64,000 nt of DNA from Escherichia phage vB_EcoM_JQD51, in sequence record PV204681; one strand, written 5' to 3'. The notes beneath the pieces are model-generated. The model searched no databases and was not told the origin of the DNA. It worked only from the letters and a program-made list of their open reading frames with translations. The position numbers and the translations under genes are program-made. Below, piece by piece: positions 42,830 to 52,667 of the stretch. How positions within the stretch are numbered: the first letter of the stretch is position 1; each line of letters starts with the position of its first letter.

Positions 42830-43507
42830 TTATCGCTGTTTTACACTTAACGGGTCAGGATTCTCAGGGACATCTTCAAGGCCAAGCGCATAACGCTGAG
42901 CATATTTTAACATCAAAATATCTTTAGCACAATCGTGAATACTATCATGGGCAACGAATCCTTTTAGCGTACCCATCGGTAATGGACACATACTTAATCC
43001 TCGTGTCAACGAGTAAGCTTCGATTGCTGTACGAATATCACGTTGAGCCCAGAATTTAACCGGTTCTAATTTATCAGTATCAATATCTGGTTCAAGAACA
43101 CCTTCATCACGATAGAGGTCACGAATCAAATCGACCAAGATCGGGAAGTCAAAGCTCATACCACGGCACCACATCTGTGATTTCCATTGGTCAACTTTAT
43201 TAGCTCGACAATAATCTAAAAAGATTTTAATGCCTTCAAGCGTAGTGACATCGTCTTCAGACGGAGCCAGGTTTTTACGTGCTTCTGCTGATTGTTCTTT
43301 CCACCATTTCATAGTGGATTTAGCGAAAACTCGCTTCCCTTTTTGAGAAGCTAAATTAAATTTAATTCGCTTACCTCGTTGAACAAGTTCTTCAAATGTT
43401 TCAACAACTTCAGGGTCCGAATTATATGCAATAACCGCAAGGTCAATAACAGCCGCTTTTGATGTATTGCCGAATGTTTCAAAATCTATAATAACATCAG
43501 TGCTCAT
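42830..43507 (-). CDS. dexA: exonuclease A (DEDDh 3'-5' exonuclease)
   Basis: 225 aa; N-terminal VIIDFETFG exonuclease motif; adjacent to dda. Confidence 0.85.
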   Translation of the reverse strand: MSTDVIIDFETFGNTSKAAVIDLAVIAYNSDPEVVETFEELVQRGKRIKFNLASQKGKRVFAKSTMKWWKEQSAEARKNLAPSEDDVTTLEGIKIFLDYCRANKVDQWKSQMWCRGMSFDFPILVDLIRDLYRDEGVLEPDIDTDKLEPVKFWAQRDIRTAIEAYSLTRGLSMCPLPMGTLKGFVAHDSIHDCAKDILMLKYAQRYALGLEDVPENPDPLSVKQR

Positions 43508-43516
43508 AATTTTCTC

Positions 43517-44830
43517 TCAAATAAAATGGACGTCAAACCGACCACGAGTTGTGCCAACATACAATAACTGTTTAGCTAATTCTGAATCGGCATAATGGAT
43601 ACACGGTGTATAAACAAAGGCCGTGTCAACAGACATACCCTGGGCCTTATGGAAGGTCGATACTGGTAGTGCCTTCACCTTAGTGAACATACGTTTAGCA
43701 TCCCAGAATTCGCTCCATGGAGCTTTACCACCTTTATTCCAAAATTTGTATGTTTCTGCGGTCTTAGCCAAAAACAAATTGAATTTATAAAGCTCTTCTT
43801 CAGAAGAAATAACCTTTATATCTTCGCGGATGTATTCTTCATCATCCCCATACGTTTCTACTGTAAGATTCCAGTATCGTATCATATATTCGCCTGAAAC
43901 ACCACGTGCTTTAACGAATGTAGACGTTTCTACAGCATCTCGAATACGAACGAATTGACCGTTATTGAAAAGCATTTCGGTCATATTTTTACCATCTAGC
44001 TTATATGTCTTAGTAAACGGCTCTTGTAGAACAATGACTTCGTCTTTAATAAATGGTTTTTCTGTTTCAAGAAGTTTTCGGCGAATAATTGAATTTAACT
44101 TGTCCACCGACTTATTTGTGAATGCCATCATTCGATTTTCGAAAAGGTCTTCAGGAGTTTTAACGACGTTAAAATAGTTCATCATATACGATTTAAGGTC
44201 TGTATATCCGTGAACACCGTGCCCATCAACTACTTTATCGTAAATCCATTTGCCGTTACGAATATCAGTCGCAACATCAATAATTGGTGCATTGCTACGT
44301 TTAACTTCTGTAAGGTTGCATTGCACGAAGTCTTTGTGAGTGAAGAAAGGACTTAGATATGCAGTTGATTCGCCTGGGTCTACCGGACGAATCTGGCATC
44401 GGTCGCCGATTCCAATTACTGTACACCATTTAGGGATACTAGCTAACATTATTTTAAACAGAGAACGGTCGCACATTGACGCTTCATCAAATAACAGTAC
44501 ACGGCACAAGGCTAAGTCTGGAACCTTTTTCTGTTCAAACAATACGTTTTCTTCGTATGTAGTTGGGTTGATTTTAAGAATGCTATGAATAGTCGATGCT
44601 TCTTGACCCGCAAGTTTGCTTAGAACCTTTTTAGCAGCATGTGTAGGGGCTGCTAAAATAATACCTGATTCTCCAGAAGAAATAAGGGCTTCAACGATGA
44701 ATCTAGTAAGGGTTGTTTTACCTGTACCGGCAGGCCCATTAATAGTTACGTGATGTTTCTTTTCTTTAATAGCGTTCATAACAACGTTGAAGGCGTTTTT
44801 CTGGCCTTCAGTCAAATCATCAAATGTCAT
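43517..44830 (-). CDS. dda: Dda SF1 DNA helicase
   Basis: 437 aa; Walker A GPAGTGKTT; N-terminus MTFDDLTEGQKNAFNVV. Confidence 0.9.
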   Translation of the reverse strand: MTFDDLTEGQKNAFNVVMNAIKEKKHHVTINGPAGTGKTTLTRFIVEALISSGESGIILAAPTHAAKKVLSKLAGQEASTIHSILKINPTTYEENVLFEQKKVPDLALCRVLLFDEASMCDRSLFKIMLASIPKWCTVIGIGDRCQIRPVDPGESTAYLSPFFTHKDFVQCNLTEVKRSNAPIIDVATDIRNGKWIYDKVVDGHGVHGYTDLKSYMMNYFNVVKTPEDLFENRMMAFTNKSVDKLNSIIRRKLLETEKPFIKDEVIVLQEPFTKTYKLDGKNMTEMLFNNGQFVRIRDAVETSTFVKARGVSGEYMIRYWNLTVETYGDDEEYIREDIKVISSEEELYKFNLFLAKTAETYKFWNKGGKAPWSEFWDAKRMFTKVKALPVSTFHKAQGMSVDTAFVYTPCIHYADSELAKQLLYVGTTRGRFDVHFI

Positions 44831-45138
44831 CGTAAAGTCCCTGCAATTGGAATACTAACAATACGGCCTGTATCCAGGATTCGTTGATACAATTTTTGCG
44901 TCTCCGCATCTAGTTTAACGTGTTTCATTTCAAGCTTATTAAACCAGAACTTACGCGGAGTTTCGACCATTCTTAGAACTCCCATTTTTAAATCTGTTTT
45001 ATACTGTGTTTTCAGAGTATCGAAAACTTTATCTGCAATATCCTTTCTAAAAAATACCGCAGGACGATGCTCGTCAAGTGGAACCGGGACAGTAAATCCT
45101 TCCATATCTCGATAAACTATTGCATATACATAAACCAT
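44827..45138 (-). CDS. hypothetical protein (103 aa), dda.1 position
   Basis: ORF track; ATGA coupling with dda. Confidence 0.5.
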   Translation of the reverse strand: MVYVYAIVYRDMEGFTVPVPLDEHRPAVFFRKDIADKVFDTLKTQYKTDLKMGVLRMVETPRKFWFNKLEMKHVKLDAETQKLYQRILDTGRIVSIPIAGTLR

Positions 45139-45140
45139 AA

Positions 45141-45887
45141 TTAACCTTTAATCAGTTGGAATAATGATGCACTAAGTGGTAAGCCACGTTTCAATTTTAA
45201 TTTACCAATGAAACCAATCTTTTCAAAACGTTGCAGACCTTGGATAACTTTATCATATGTATCGAAAAGCGATTCAGCGTCAGTTAATTTAGTTTTAGTT
45301 TTCCAGTCAGAGCCTTTAAGAAGAACGTTGAGTTTAGTAAGTTCATGGCCTTCTGCTTGATGTGAGCCATTAATGCGTGCTTTCAAAGCAACAATTCTAA
45401 GTTTAGATTCGTTAGATAAAGGTTGATTTTTCATCATGTTCGCCATATGCTTAACACGGTTTTCACGTTTTGCTCGGATTTTTAAAATAGTACCATAAAC
45501 CTTTTTAATTTGGGCCCATTTCTTCTCGTCGAGATTAAGTTTCTCTACTTTACGGGCAGAAGGATTAGCGATACGTCTTGCAACAGCGTCACGTTTCTCA
45601 ATAAGTTCTTCTAATGTTAAATAAGAACGAGCCGTGTTATATTTTTTCTTAACTGGGATAACATTACCTTTAATGTAGCCTATATCATTATTAAAACGTT
45701 CTAAGGATAATTTCTCACCTTCAACAGAGTTATTGAAAGATTCACCTGAGTAAGCGCAGATCTTTTGATCAAGAATGTTTTTAAGGTAATTAAAGTCTAA
45801 GTTAAAATCCTTAGAGCGTCTCTTCGCAGAAGCTCTAGTGTGGTCAAGACGACGATTGATTTTGTTAATTTTATTATTTGATAACAT
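45141..45887 (-). CDS. srd: Srd-like basic protein
   Basis: 248 aa, lysine/arginine-rich; position between dda and modA; GAGGAAA SD. Confidence 0.6.
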   Translation of the reverse strand: MLSNNKINKINRRLDHTRASAKRRSKDFNLDFNYLKNILDQKICAYSGESFNNSVEGEKLSLERFNNDIGYIKGNVIPVKKKYNTARSYLTLEELIEKRDAVARRIANPSARKVEKLNLDEKKWAQIKKVYGTILKIRAKRENRVKHMANMMKNQPLSNESKLRIVALKARINGSHQAEGHELTKLNVLLKGSDWKTKTKLTDAESLFDTYDKVIQGLQRFEKIGFIGKLKLKRGLPLSASLFQLIKG

Positions 45888-45978
45888 AATATTTTCCTCT
45901 GTCTTACGGACGTTAGGTCATTTAGCTGATAAGCTTATAATATCATGCCCTCAGGTAGTGTACACTCTTTTTTCATAA

Positions 45979-46006
45979 AATGCTTTAATTTTTTATGTGT
46001 TATAAT
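45979..46006 (+). promoter_or_regulatory. middle-promoter-like element on plus strand, antisense to modA
   Basis: AATGCTTTA, 13 nt spacer, TATAAT on the plus strand; no credible plus-strand gene downstream. Confidence 0.4.
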
Positions 46007-46039
46007 GGTTCTGAGTTCCATCCGGTTATTCCAATTCAG

Positions 46040-46648
46040 TCAGTAACTGACAATAGACAGATTCCAGATTGTATAACGTCCATCTTGAATAATAGAATCT
46101 ACACGCAGTGTAGTCCCTATAGGGAGCATAAATTCACATTCGTCAGATATAAGTCTAGCATTAGACCGTCTTGTCGCTTCAGGGAAAGCTCCATTGAACT
46201 CACAAGATGGCGCAGCCAGAATCATGTTAAGCATATGTTCACGGAAGTTGAAAGCAAATGGTGCATCTTTGATGCAGAACATATTAAATGTTCCGTAAAA
46301 ATTATACGAAGCAAAGTTACGTGCTACACCGAACACTGGGCTGAAGCTCATTACTCTGTCAAATTTAATAATACTACCAATACCTTTATCATCGAGTGTG
46401 GCCATAGTTTTCTTAGAGATTCCACGATACATTGTCTCAGGAACAGAAGACGTCCAATTTCTACGAACGATTGAACTTAACTCCTGTTGAATACAGTCTG
46501 GCTTGTTTTCCATACACTGCCACAGTACACTTTGTTCAATGTCGCTGAATTGACTATCAATTTCGTACTGCAATACATCTTGATATTCGGGGTTTTGAGC
46601 ACGACGAACCATTTCTTCAATTTCACACTCGTTATACGGCATAAACAT
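46040..46648 (-). CDS. modA: ADP-ribosyltransferase ModA
   Basis: 202 aa; ART R-S-E triad candidates (MYRG, SFSP, ECEFMLP); GAGGAGA SD. Confidence 0.7.
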   Translation of the reverse strand: MFMPYNECEIEEMVRRAQNPEYQDVLQYEIDSQFSDIEQSVLWQCMENKPDCIQQELSSIVRRNWTSSVPETMYRGISKKTMATLDDKGIGSIIKFDRVMSFSPVFGVARNFASYNFYGTFNMFCIKDAPFAFNFREHMLNMILAAPSCEFNGAFPEATRRSNARLISDECEFMLPIGTTLRVDSIIQDGRYTIWNLSIVSY

Positions 46649-46678
46649 TTAGGTTTCTCCTCACGTTTCGATAAAGTA

Positions 46679-46708
46679 ATCATAACACCGTCTGTGGTGG
46701 TTGTAAAC
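46679..46708 (-). promoter_or_regulatory. early promoter for modA
   Basis: Plus strand atcata -N18- gtaaac. Confidence 0.45.
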
Positions 46709-47289
46709 TAAAAATTCAACATCTTTAAGTGAATGATTTTGTATACTCGAGACAAAGGGTCATACTCTAACTCTTCGATTTCCACAATCTCAAATCTAGA
46801 GATACTTGAAACCATGTACTCTTGTTCAGATTCAATCATATCTAGGACATCAACACGTGTTTCTTCCATAACATGCTTAGGGTTCTTTCCGGCGAGTACA
46901 ATATTAACCATGTTTTGGTAGTAATCAAAAATGAATGGAGCATTCCTGAGACTAAGAATAGTGTACGTCTGATATTCCCATCTCCCAGAGAATTGACGAG
47001 CTGTACTGAAATCAGTTGTGAACGATGTTACTCGTCCAGGAGACCAATGGCATCCAACAGAAAGAAGGGAAAGACGTTCTACTTCTTCTGGAGTTACACC
47101 ACGGTAGAGTTCTACTGGTACTGTAGAAGTCATATGCTTACGAACAAGATGGTCTAATTCATAGTGGAAATCCGGGTCTTCCTTAGAATCGGTGCAAGCC
47201 CAGAGAATGTTTTGTTCTTGGTGGGTGAATTTGCTATCAATCAGATTTGTTAGGTATTCACGTTCTTGAAGTTCAGATTGACATGTCAT
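46708..47289 (-). CDS. modB: ADP-ribosyltransferase ModB
   Basis: 193 aa; paralogous to modA (LYRG, STS-like, ESEQEYMV); GGAGG SD. Confidence 0.7.
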   Translation of the reverse strand: MTCQSELQEREYLTNLIDSKFTHQEQNILWACTDSKEDPDFHYELDHLVRKHMTSTVPVELYRGVTPEEVERLSLLSVGCHWSPGRVTSFTTDFSTARQFSGRWEYQTYTILSLRNAPFIFDYYQNMVNIVLAGKNPKHVMEETRVDVLDMIESEQEYMVSSISRFEIVEIEELEYDPLSRVYKIIHLKMLNF

Positions 47290-47316
47290 GATAGACCTCC
47301 ATTTAAAGATAAGCCT

Positions 47317-47345
47317 ATCATAACACGAGAGGAGGGAATGTAAAC
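47317..47345 (-). promoter_or_regulatory. early promoter for modB
   Basis: Plus strand atcata -N17- gtaaac. Confidence 0.45.
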
Positions 47346-47509
47346 TATTTTTTAAGCTTTCCTACTAAAGGTCCATCAGGACCAGGTTGTTCTAACATGA
47401 ATAAGGATGCTTTAAAAAGCAATGTCAACCCTTTCACCATTCGATACCATGTCTCAAAGTCTTTTTCCTTGATTTCTAGTAAGAATTTCTCTTTCAATTT
47501 CTCTTTCAT
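47345..47509 (-). CDS. small ORF (54 aa)
   Basis: Hand-read: MKEKLKEKFLLEIKEKDFETWYRMVKGLTLLFKASLFMLEQPGPDGPLVGKLKK; ATGA overlap with upstream ORF. Confidence 0.3.
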   Translation of the reverse strand: MKEKLKEKFLLEIKEKDFETWYRMVKGLTLLFKASLFMLEQPGPDGPLVGKLKK

Positions 47510-47697
47510 TTCCAAGGACTCCATGGTGGAGGGTCGTCATAATAAGATGCAAGGTCTTTCAGGGCTTCAACAGGTAAACTAAAGCCGTGTCGTTGTATAA
47601 TACTATCTAGTTCATCAACAAGTTCACTACGATGCACTTTAGGAGCCTCAACTTCAGGCTCGTCAAACATACTCATAAGGTCCATATTATTCACCAA
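47506..47697 (-). CDS. hypothetical protein (63 aa)
   Basis: ORF track. Confidence 0.4.
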   Translation of the reverse strand: MVNNMDLMSMFDEPEVEAPKVHRSELVDELDSIIQRHGFSLPVEALKDLASYYDDPPPWSPWK

Positions 47698-48151
47698 GAT
47701 AAAAACTAGCCGGTTCAGAGAATGTTTCTAGTGCTACACCTTTTGTCTTAAAAAATTTCCAAATAGCTCGCTGCAAATGGATTAAATCTGCTAATGATGT
47801 AATAAAGTATTTTTTGGCAAAGTACTTATGGTCTCGCTTTTCAAACAGGTCTAAACGCTTTTCAGGATTCACATAAACTGCATTTTCAGTAGATTCATAA
47901 CCTAAATCCTTTATGCCTTCTTCAAGACTAAACGGAGAATTTTTGGAACGAGTAATAGCTCCAACTCGCTCTACACGAATTTTGTAACCTTTAGGAATCT
48001 GCAATTTGCAGAATTCTTCTACGATATATTGCGGATTATTTAGACTTTTGTTAATGAGAATAGCTATTTCTAGTGGAGTCTTATCTTCTACTGGTATATG
48101 TTTAAACGACTTGGCTTCAAGCAAATACATTTTAAATAACATAGCATCCAT
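47687..48151 (-). CDS. hypothetical protein (154 aa)
   Basis: ORF track; GAGGAAA SD. Confidence 0.5.
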   Translation of the reverse strand: MDAMLFKMYLLEAKSFKHIPVEDKTPLEIAILINKSLNNPQYIVEEFCKLQIPKGYKIRVERVGAITRSKNSPFSLEEGIKDLGYESTENAVYVNPEKRLDLFEKRDHKYFAKKYFITSLADLIHLQRAIWKFFKTKGVALETFSEPASFYLGE

Positions 48152-48330
48152 TATAATTTCCTCGATGGTTCACCCATATAAAGTTTTACAATACGTTCGC
48201 CTTCATCTTCGACGAGCTTTTCTTCATGTTTCTGGAATTCTTTAGCCATATTCTCTTCAAGAACATCCAGCCAATCTTCTGGACCGACACCATCGTCCCA
48301 GCTTTTAAACCATTTAACTATCTTGTTCAT
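48151..48330 (-). CDS. hypothetical protein (59 aa)
   Basis: Hand-read: MNKIVKWFKSWDDGVGPEDWLDVLEENMAKEFQKHEEKLVEDEGERIVKLYMGEPSRKL; ATGA/TAATG coupling at both ends. Confidence 0.45.
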   Translation of the reverse strand: MNKIVKWFKSWDDGVGPEDWLDVLEENMAKEFQKHEEKLVEDEGERIVKLYMGEPSRKL

Positions 48331-48515
48331 TCGCAGCTCCCTGAGCTTGAATCACAATCAGAATAACTTGACCCAGAATCACCAGACCAAGACGATACGT
48401 ATGAATGATTATAACTTGAAGAGCTTGAAGCAGACTTTGGACGAATAACTTCTTCCATCATGCCGTCACCAATGTATTCCCAAGCCTTTTCACGTGTATC
48501 AGGAATAGGCATCAT
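48327..48515 (-). CDS. hypothetical protein with Ser-rich C-terminal tail (62 aa)
   Basis: Track ORF trimmed to avoid overlap; C-terminus SASSSSSYNHSYVSSWSGDSGSSYSDCDSSSGSCE. Confidence 0.35.
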   Translation of the reverse strand: MMPIPDTREKAWEYIGDGMMEEVIRPKSASSSSSYNHSYVSSWSGDSGSSYSDCDSSSGSCE

Positions 48516-48528
48516 ACCTTCGCCTGGT

Positions 48529-48756
48529 TTAACAGCAAACAACTTCTTCAGCATCGTAAGCATTAATTGTTCCTCGAACAAAACGAACACCACCATCATC
48601 CCAACGGATTTCGGCATTAAATTTGACGTCTTCATCATCCATCATGAATGAGTGTACGACTACGTCGTCATAATATCCAAGACCATATTTCAACGAAACT
48701 TCTTGAGCAATCAAAGCACCTAATGTGTTATTAGGTTTAATCCAACGATTTAACAT
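48529..48756 (-). CDS. hypothetical protein (75 aa)
   Basis: Track ORF trimmed to internal ATG with GAGGAGA SD. Confidence 0.4.
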   Translation of the reverse strand: MLNRWIKPNNTLGALIAQEVSLKYGLGYYDDVVVHSFMMDDEDVKFNAEIRWDDGGVRFVRGTINAYDAEEVVCC

Positions 48757-48814
48757 ATTGTTCTCCTCTTGAGTAAGTAATAATATCTTAACACAGTTTT
48801 TAGTGGTTGTAAAC

Positions 48815-48850
48815 TGTAGAAACAAAAAAAGGAATCCCGAAGGATTCCTT
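48815..48850 (-). terminator. rho-independent terminator after soc
   Basis: Minus-strand AAGGAAUCC-UUCG-GGAUUCCUU then TTTTTTTG. Confidence 0.6.
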
Positions 48851-48857
48851 AAATTAT

Positions 48858-49094
48858 TTAACCACTTACTGGTGTAGGGGTAAACATTGCAGCGTTCTTA
48901 GTTTTCCAAGTTGCTGCATCAGAAACGACATCAGAATAAGCTGCCTTTTCTGACGGAAAGATTTGGTAATGAGAATCCGCAATCCGATGTTCGTTTGAAT
49001 AAATCTCAAACGGTACAGAAACTTCCATACCTTTAACTTCTTTGCCTTCACCTGCAGGATGCGTAAAGGTTTTGATATTAACGTAACCACCCAT
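48858..49094 (-). CDS. soc: small outer capsid protein Soc
   Basis: 78 aa; GYVNIKTF...HYQIFPSEKAAYS as remembered for T4 Soc; late promoter upstream, terminator downstream. Confidence 0.85.
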   Translation of the reverse strand: MGGYVNIKTFTHPAGEGKEVKGMEVSVPFEIYSNEHRIADSHYQIFPSEKAAYSDVVSDAATWKTKNAAMFTPTPVSG

Positions 49095-49125
49095 AATTAA
49101 CTCCTTTGTTGTTTAATTACAGGTG

Positions 49126-49133
49126 TATTTATA
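49126..49133 (-). promoter_or_regulatory. T4-type late promoter TATAAATA for soc
   Basis: Plus strand reads tatttata about 30 nt upstream of the soc start. Confidence 0.55.
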
Positions 49134-49139
49134 ACTTAA

Positions 49140-49661
49140 TCAGTAACCATTATCCTGGCGTTCAAAGTTGTGTTGGTTTTTCAAGTAGTAAAGTTTAAAG
49201 ATTTCTTCAGCAGAAAGACCCAGACCTTGGAACATGTTCAGAACGAAGTGCAGAATATCAATCATCTCAAATTTAATTTCAAGCTGGTCTTCAGGAGACA
49301 GTTCATCGATACGACGATTACGATATTCAGCATGTTGTGCTTTCCACGGCTTCCATACAGAGCTAGCTGCTTTTTCACCATTGCTCATACCACCAAGTGA
49401 AGTCAACAGTTCACGGAATTCATCGTCAATATAATCTTTCTGATTACGCAGCCAGTCAACAACATCGCCAGCAGTGGCTAATTCATCAGGATGTTTGTTA
49501 TGTTCAGGCTTGTCATTTGCCAGACGAACCTGTAAAGATTTCTGCATATCAAGCATTACCTGCAGAGGGTCTTTATCTTCGTGAATCAGGGCATTAAAAT
49601 AAGCTTCTTCTGCTTTATCAACACCAGAAATAAGTTGTGAACATTCGTTAAAGTGCGCCAT
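49140..49661 (-). CDS. 56: dCTPase/dUTPase gp56 (MazG-like)
   Basis: Track ORF (TTG start) trimmed to MAHFNECSQ with AAGGAA SD; 173 aa. Confidence 0.85.
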   Translation of the reverse strand: MAHFNECSQLISGVDKAEEAYFNALIHEDKDPLQVMLDMQKSLQVRLANDKPEHNKHPDELATAGDVVDWLRNQKDYIDDEFRELLTSLGGMSNGEKAASSVWKPWKAQHAEYRNRRIDELSPEDQLEIKFEMIDILHFVLNMFQGLGLSAEEIFKLYYLKNQHNFERQDNGY

Positions 49662-49751
49662 TATTTTTCCTTTCAATTCAGTATAAGAGAGTTTAATTCT
49701 AACATTAATTTTATAAAGCGTAATAAATAATAAGGTAACTAAGGAGATATT

Positions 49752-49949
49752 ATGTTTAAACTTCCATCGTTAATCAACGCTATTAAAGGCAATAAAAAGA
49801 AAACTGCTATCGCTGCAATAGTTGTAGGTGGCATTATTTCATGGAACTTCGGGATTGCGCCATTGTTAGTTGCCCATGGTATTATAGTTCCTTCTGTTCC
49901 ATTGGATACTGTAGTTGATTTGGCCTTTGCTATTATAGGACTTGTTTAA
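49752..49949 (+). CDS. small membrane protein (65 aa) on opposite strand
   Basis: ORF track; strong AAGGAGA SD 7 nt before ATG; two hydrophobic segments. Confidence 0.45.
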   Translation: MFKLPSLINAIKGNKKKTAIAAIVVGGIISWNFGIAPLLVAHGIIVPSVPLDTVVDLAFAIIGLV

Positions 49950-50968
49950 ATCTTCGAATAACGAGATAATCTCATTTTAGCATGCAACCCACTTGAAATA
50001 TTCTGTTTCATATATTCTAAAATTTCTTGTGGTGTTGCATTTTCTTTCATTACCATATCATTCACATCCTTTGAACTCCATGGAGCTCTATCCCAGAACA
50101 TAACACGTTCGCCTGCATCTACTAATCGCTTCATACGAGCTATAGTATCCGGATGCCTAGGTTCATTATCCATCACCCATACCCGACGTTCTTTAAATGG
50201 TACCACATCTAAATCTATTGAGCCGCCTGTAATAGCGATTGCATTGGGTATGAATAAACTATCAATAGGGCCTTCCATTACCCAGACGTCTCCTTCCTTA
50301 ACACGTTCAACACCATAAATTTTTGTTGCAGACTCAAACGCTTTAATAGTGATATATTTCTGAGGAGCATCTTTACGAAGTGCACGTCCTTGGAATGACT
50401 CGGCCTTCCCGTCTTTATTAAAAATAGGAATCACTAAACGTGGTTCGGGAATCTCTTTCTTATACGTACCAGGTTGAATCTTGTTGACCAATTTAGGCCA
50501 TTCTAATGTGAACCATAATCTGTTCCATGATTCTTTAGGAATGCATCGAGACTTAACATATTTCACAATAGGATGCTCTTCAGGCAGCTTGTCCAGACGA
50601 GAACAAGACGGCAAAGAATTTATAGTCTTTTTCTCCGGTTCTGGTTTATGTTCAGGAACCTTTTCAATCTTTGGTTCCATTCTAGCTTTTTCTTTACGAA
50701 CTTCCATTAGATATTCACGATAAAGCTCTTCGTCATACTCTTTTAAGTATCCGGAAATCGTATTATGATATTGACAGTTATAGCAATGCACATTACCTGG
50801 AGTACCGCCATAATACCAACCGCGAGCTTTCATTGCATCTGTCTGGGAGTCGCCACAAACTGGACAACGAAATGTTAATTTAAATGTGCTTGAATTATTG
50901 ATTTGTCTAAAACGAGGTAGGTGAGAAAACGCACGATAAGCAAATTCATTATCTATCCATTCAGCCAT
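49946..50968 (-). CDS. 61: DNA primase gp61
   Basis: 340 aa; N-terminal zinc ribbon CPVCGDS...CYNCQ; GGAGA SD. Confidence 0.9.
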   Translation of the reverse strand: MAEWIDNEFAYRAFSHLPRFRQINNSSTFKLTFRCPVCGDSQTDAMKARGWYYGGTPGNVHCYNCQYHNTISGYLKEYDEELYREYLMEVRKEKARMEPKIEKVPEHKPEPEKKTINSLPSCSRLDKLPEEHPIVKYVKSRCIPKESWNRLWFTLEWPKLVNKIQPGTYKKEIPEPRLVIPIFNKDGKAESFQGRALRKDAPQKYITIKAFESATKIYGVERVKEGDVWVMEGPIDSLFIPNAIAITGGSIDLDVVPFKERRVWVMDNEPRHPDTIARMKRLVDAGERVMFWDRAPWSSKDVNDMVMKENATPQEILEYMKQNISSGLHAKMRLSRYSKI

Positions 50969-51007
50969 AGTATTCTCCAGAGGCCTTAAATTAATAAGGC
51001 CATCATA

Positions 51008-51475
51008 TCACAACTTATTAATATTTACTTTAATTCGCTTTCTTTTCTTGGAAGGAATTTGTTCTGGACCTTTATTTACGACTGCACCTGTAGTTGTTCC
51101 TGATGCAATAGCTTGAGGACTACCGCCTGAATCACCAGCAACCATATCCTCAAATAAAGGGAGTTCTTTAAATATTTCTTTCTGTTGTTCTTCCGTAATG
51201 TTATAGCGTGAAGCTACAGCACTCCAGGCAGACATCATTGAGGCCATTCCATTAAGACCTGGAACAGTGCTCATCATTCGCTTCATTGAACGAACTGAAG
51301 CATGAAAAGGTGTATACGCAGCTTTCTCTTCGGGAGTAGAAGGACGTTTAAGAACACTTCCACGTTCATCGATGATTTTGGCTTCGTATGCTTTCCATTC
51401 GGTAAAAGGTTTTTGCATTAGTCGAATAAACTTATATGCATAAACAGAATCTATTGCAGTGTTAATAATACCCAT
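51008..51475 (-). CDS. hypothetical protein (155 aa)
   Basis: Track ORF (TTG start) trimmed to ATG with GGAGG SD; basic C-terminus KKRKRIKV. Confidence 0.5.
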   Translation of the reverse strand: MGIINTAIDSVYAYKFIRLMQKPFTEWKAYEAKIIDERGSVLKRPSTPEEKAAYTPFHASVRSMKRMMSTVPGLNGMASMMSAWSAVASRYNITEEQQKEIFKELPLFEDMVAGDSGGSPQAIASGTTTGAVVNKGPEQIPSKKRKRIKVNINKL

Positions 51476-51494
51476 AGGTACCTCCTGAGTATAT

Positions 51495-51692
51495 TTAATC
51501 AATTACAAAGATTGCTTTGTCACCATTTATATCTGTGACTTCATATGTAGTGCCTTCATACTGTGGAATATTCCAAATTACACCATCATTAGCTTTTACG
51601 CTAATATGGTATTGGTGTTTTGAAACAACTTCATAATCTTCAAAACTTGTAAAAACACTAATTTTAGAACCAGTGCAAATTGCAGTAGTCAT
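51495..51692 (-). CDS. hypothetical protein (65 aa)
   Basis: ORF track. Confidence 0.45.
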   Translation of the reverse strand: MTTAICTGSKISVFTSFEDYEVVSKHQYHISVKANDGVIWNIPQYEGTTYEVTDINGDKAIFVID

Positions 51693-51693
51693 T

Positions 51694-52353
51694 TTAACCT
51701 CGATTCATAAATGCATTAAATATTTGGTCATCAACAGAAATTTCTAATTCGACTTCAATTGTTTCAGCCTTTTCTTCAGGTGGTAATTCGTATCCACACA
51801 CTACAATTTTTTCATCGATATCAAAATATACAGAAGCAATACGATTAATGTTACTTTCAGTTAAGTCTAAATCAACATCAACATCTTTTTGACCTACACT
51901 TAAAGGATAACTAATACGGGTTATTTTATTATCTTTAACAAAGAGTCCACCAACATACTCTGTACTACGTTTGAAGTTTACACGTTTCCGAATTGAAAGA
52001 TATGATACATCTTTACCGTGAGCTCGGCTCATAGGACATAATGAATAGCTAGAATATGAGATGTCAAATCCTACACCTTCAATATGAGCCAACGTGTCAT
52101 GAGTAAACCAATTATAATCATATGCCAAATCCATTATATTGTAATATGTGAAAGGCACAGGATTAACATCATACGTTGTACCTTTAAAATCTGCCCAGGC
52201 AACGATTTCGTTATCTTTAACAATTACAAAAATTACACCAATATGGTATCCGTTATTATTTTCATTCGGCGTTATATTATAACATTGTGCATTAGGAAAT
52301 TTACCATATTTAAACGGCGCGTTTTTGTGCATGTAATAAATCATATTATTCAC
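51694..52353 (-). CDS. hypothetical protein (219 aa)
   Basis: ORF track. Confidence 0.5.
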   Translation of the reverse strand: MNNMIYYMHKNAPFKYGKFPNAQCYNITPNENNNGYHIGVIFVIVKDNEIVAWADFKGTTYDVNPVPFTYYNIMDLAYDYNWFTHDTLAHIEGVGFDISYSSYSLCPMSRAHGKDVSYLSIRKRVNFKRSTEYVGGLFVKDNKITRISYPLSVGQKDVDVDLDLTESNINRIASVYFDIDEKIVVCGYELPPEEKAETIEVELEISVDDQIFNAFMNRG

Positions 52354-52639
52354 CTGTGATTTCGGTTACGATATCTTTGTTATCGAAATTAGGGTCACAA
52401 TACAAAACATAATTGTATTGCATGATACCGCCAGACTTAAGTTGTTCAACAACTTTATTAACCATATTAGGACGGTCTCGTTTAGTGATGTTCATGATAT
52501 CAGAGAAGATTTGTTGTTCAACATCTTCTTGATTTGCAGTCATTGACCACTCACAGAGGTCTTTATCATAACCTGCTGTAACTGGAGCTGGTGCACATGA
52601 TACTGCAAGTAAGATTGCTGCCAATGATAACTTTTTCAT
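52346..52639 (-). CDS. sp: Spackle-like periplasmic protein
   Basis: 97 aa (same as T4 Sp) with cleavable signal peptide MKKLSLAAILLAVSCAPAPVTA; position between 61 and 41. Confidence 0.6.
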   Translation of the reverse strand: MKKLSLAAILLAVSCAPAPVTAGYDKDLCEWSMTANQEDVEQQIFSDIMNITKRDRPNMVNKVVEQLKSGGIMQYNYVLYCDPNFDNKDIVTEITGE

Positions 52640-52667
52640 TTTAACTCCTTAGTTGATTTGATAGGAC

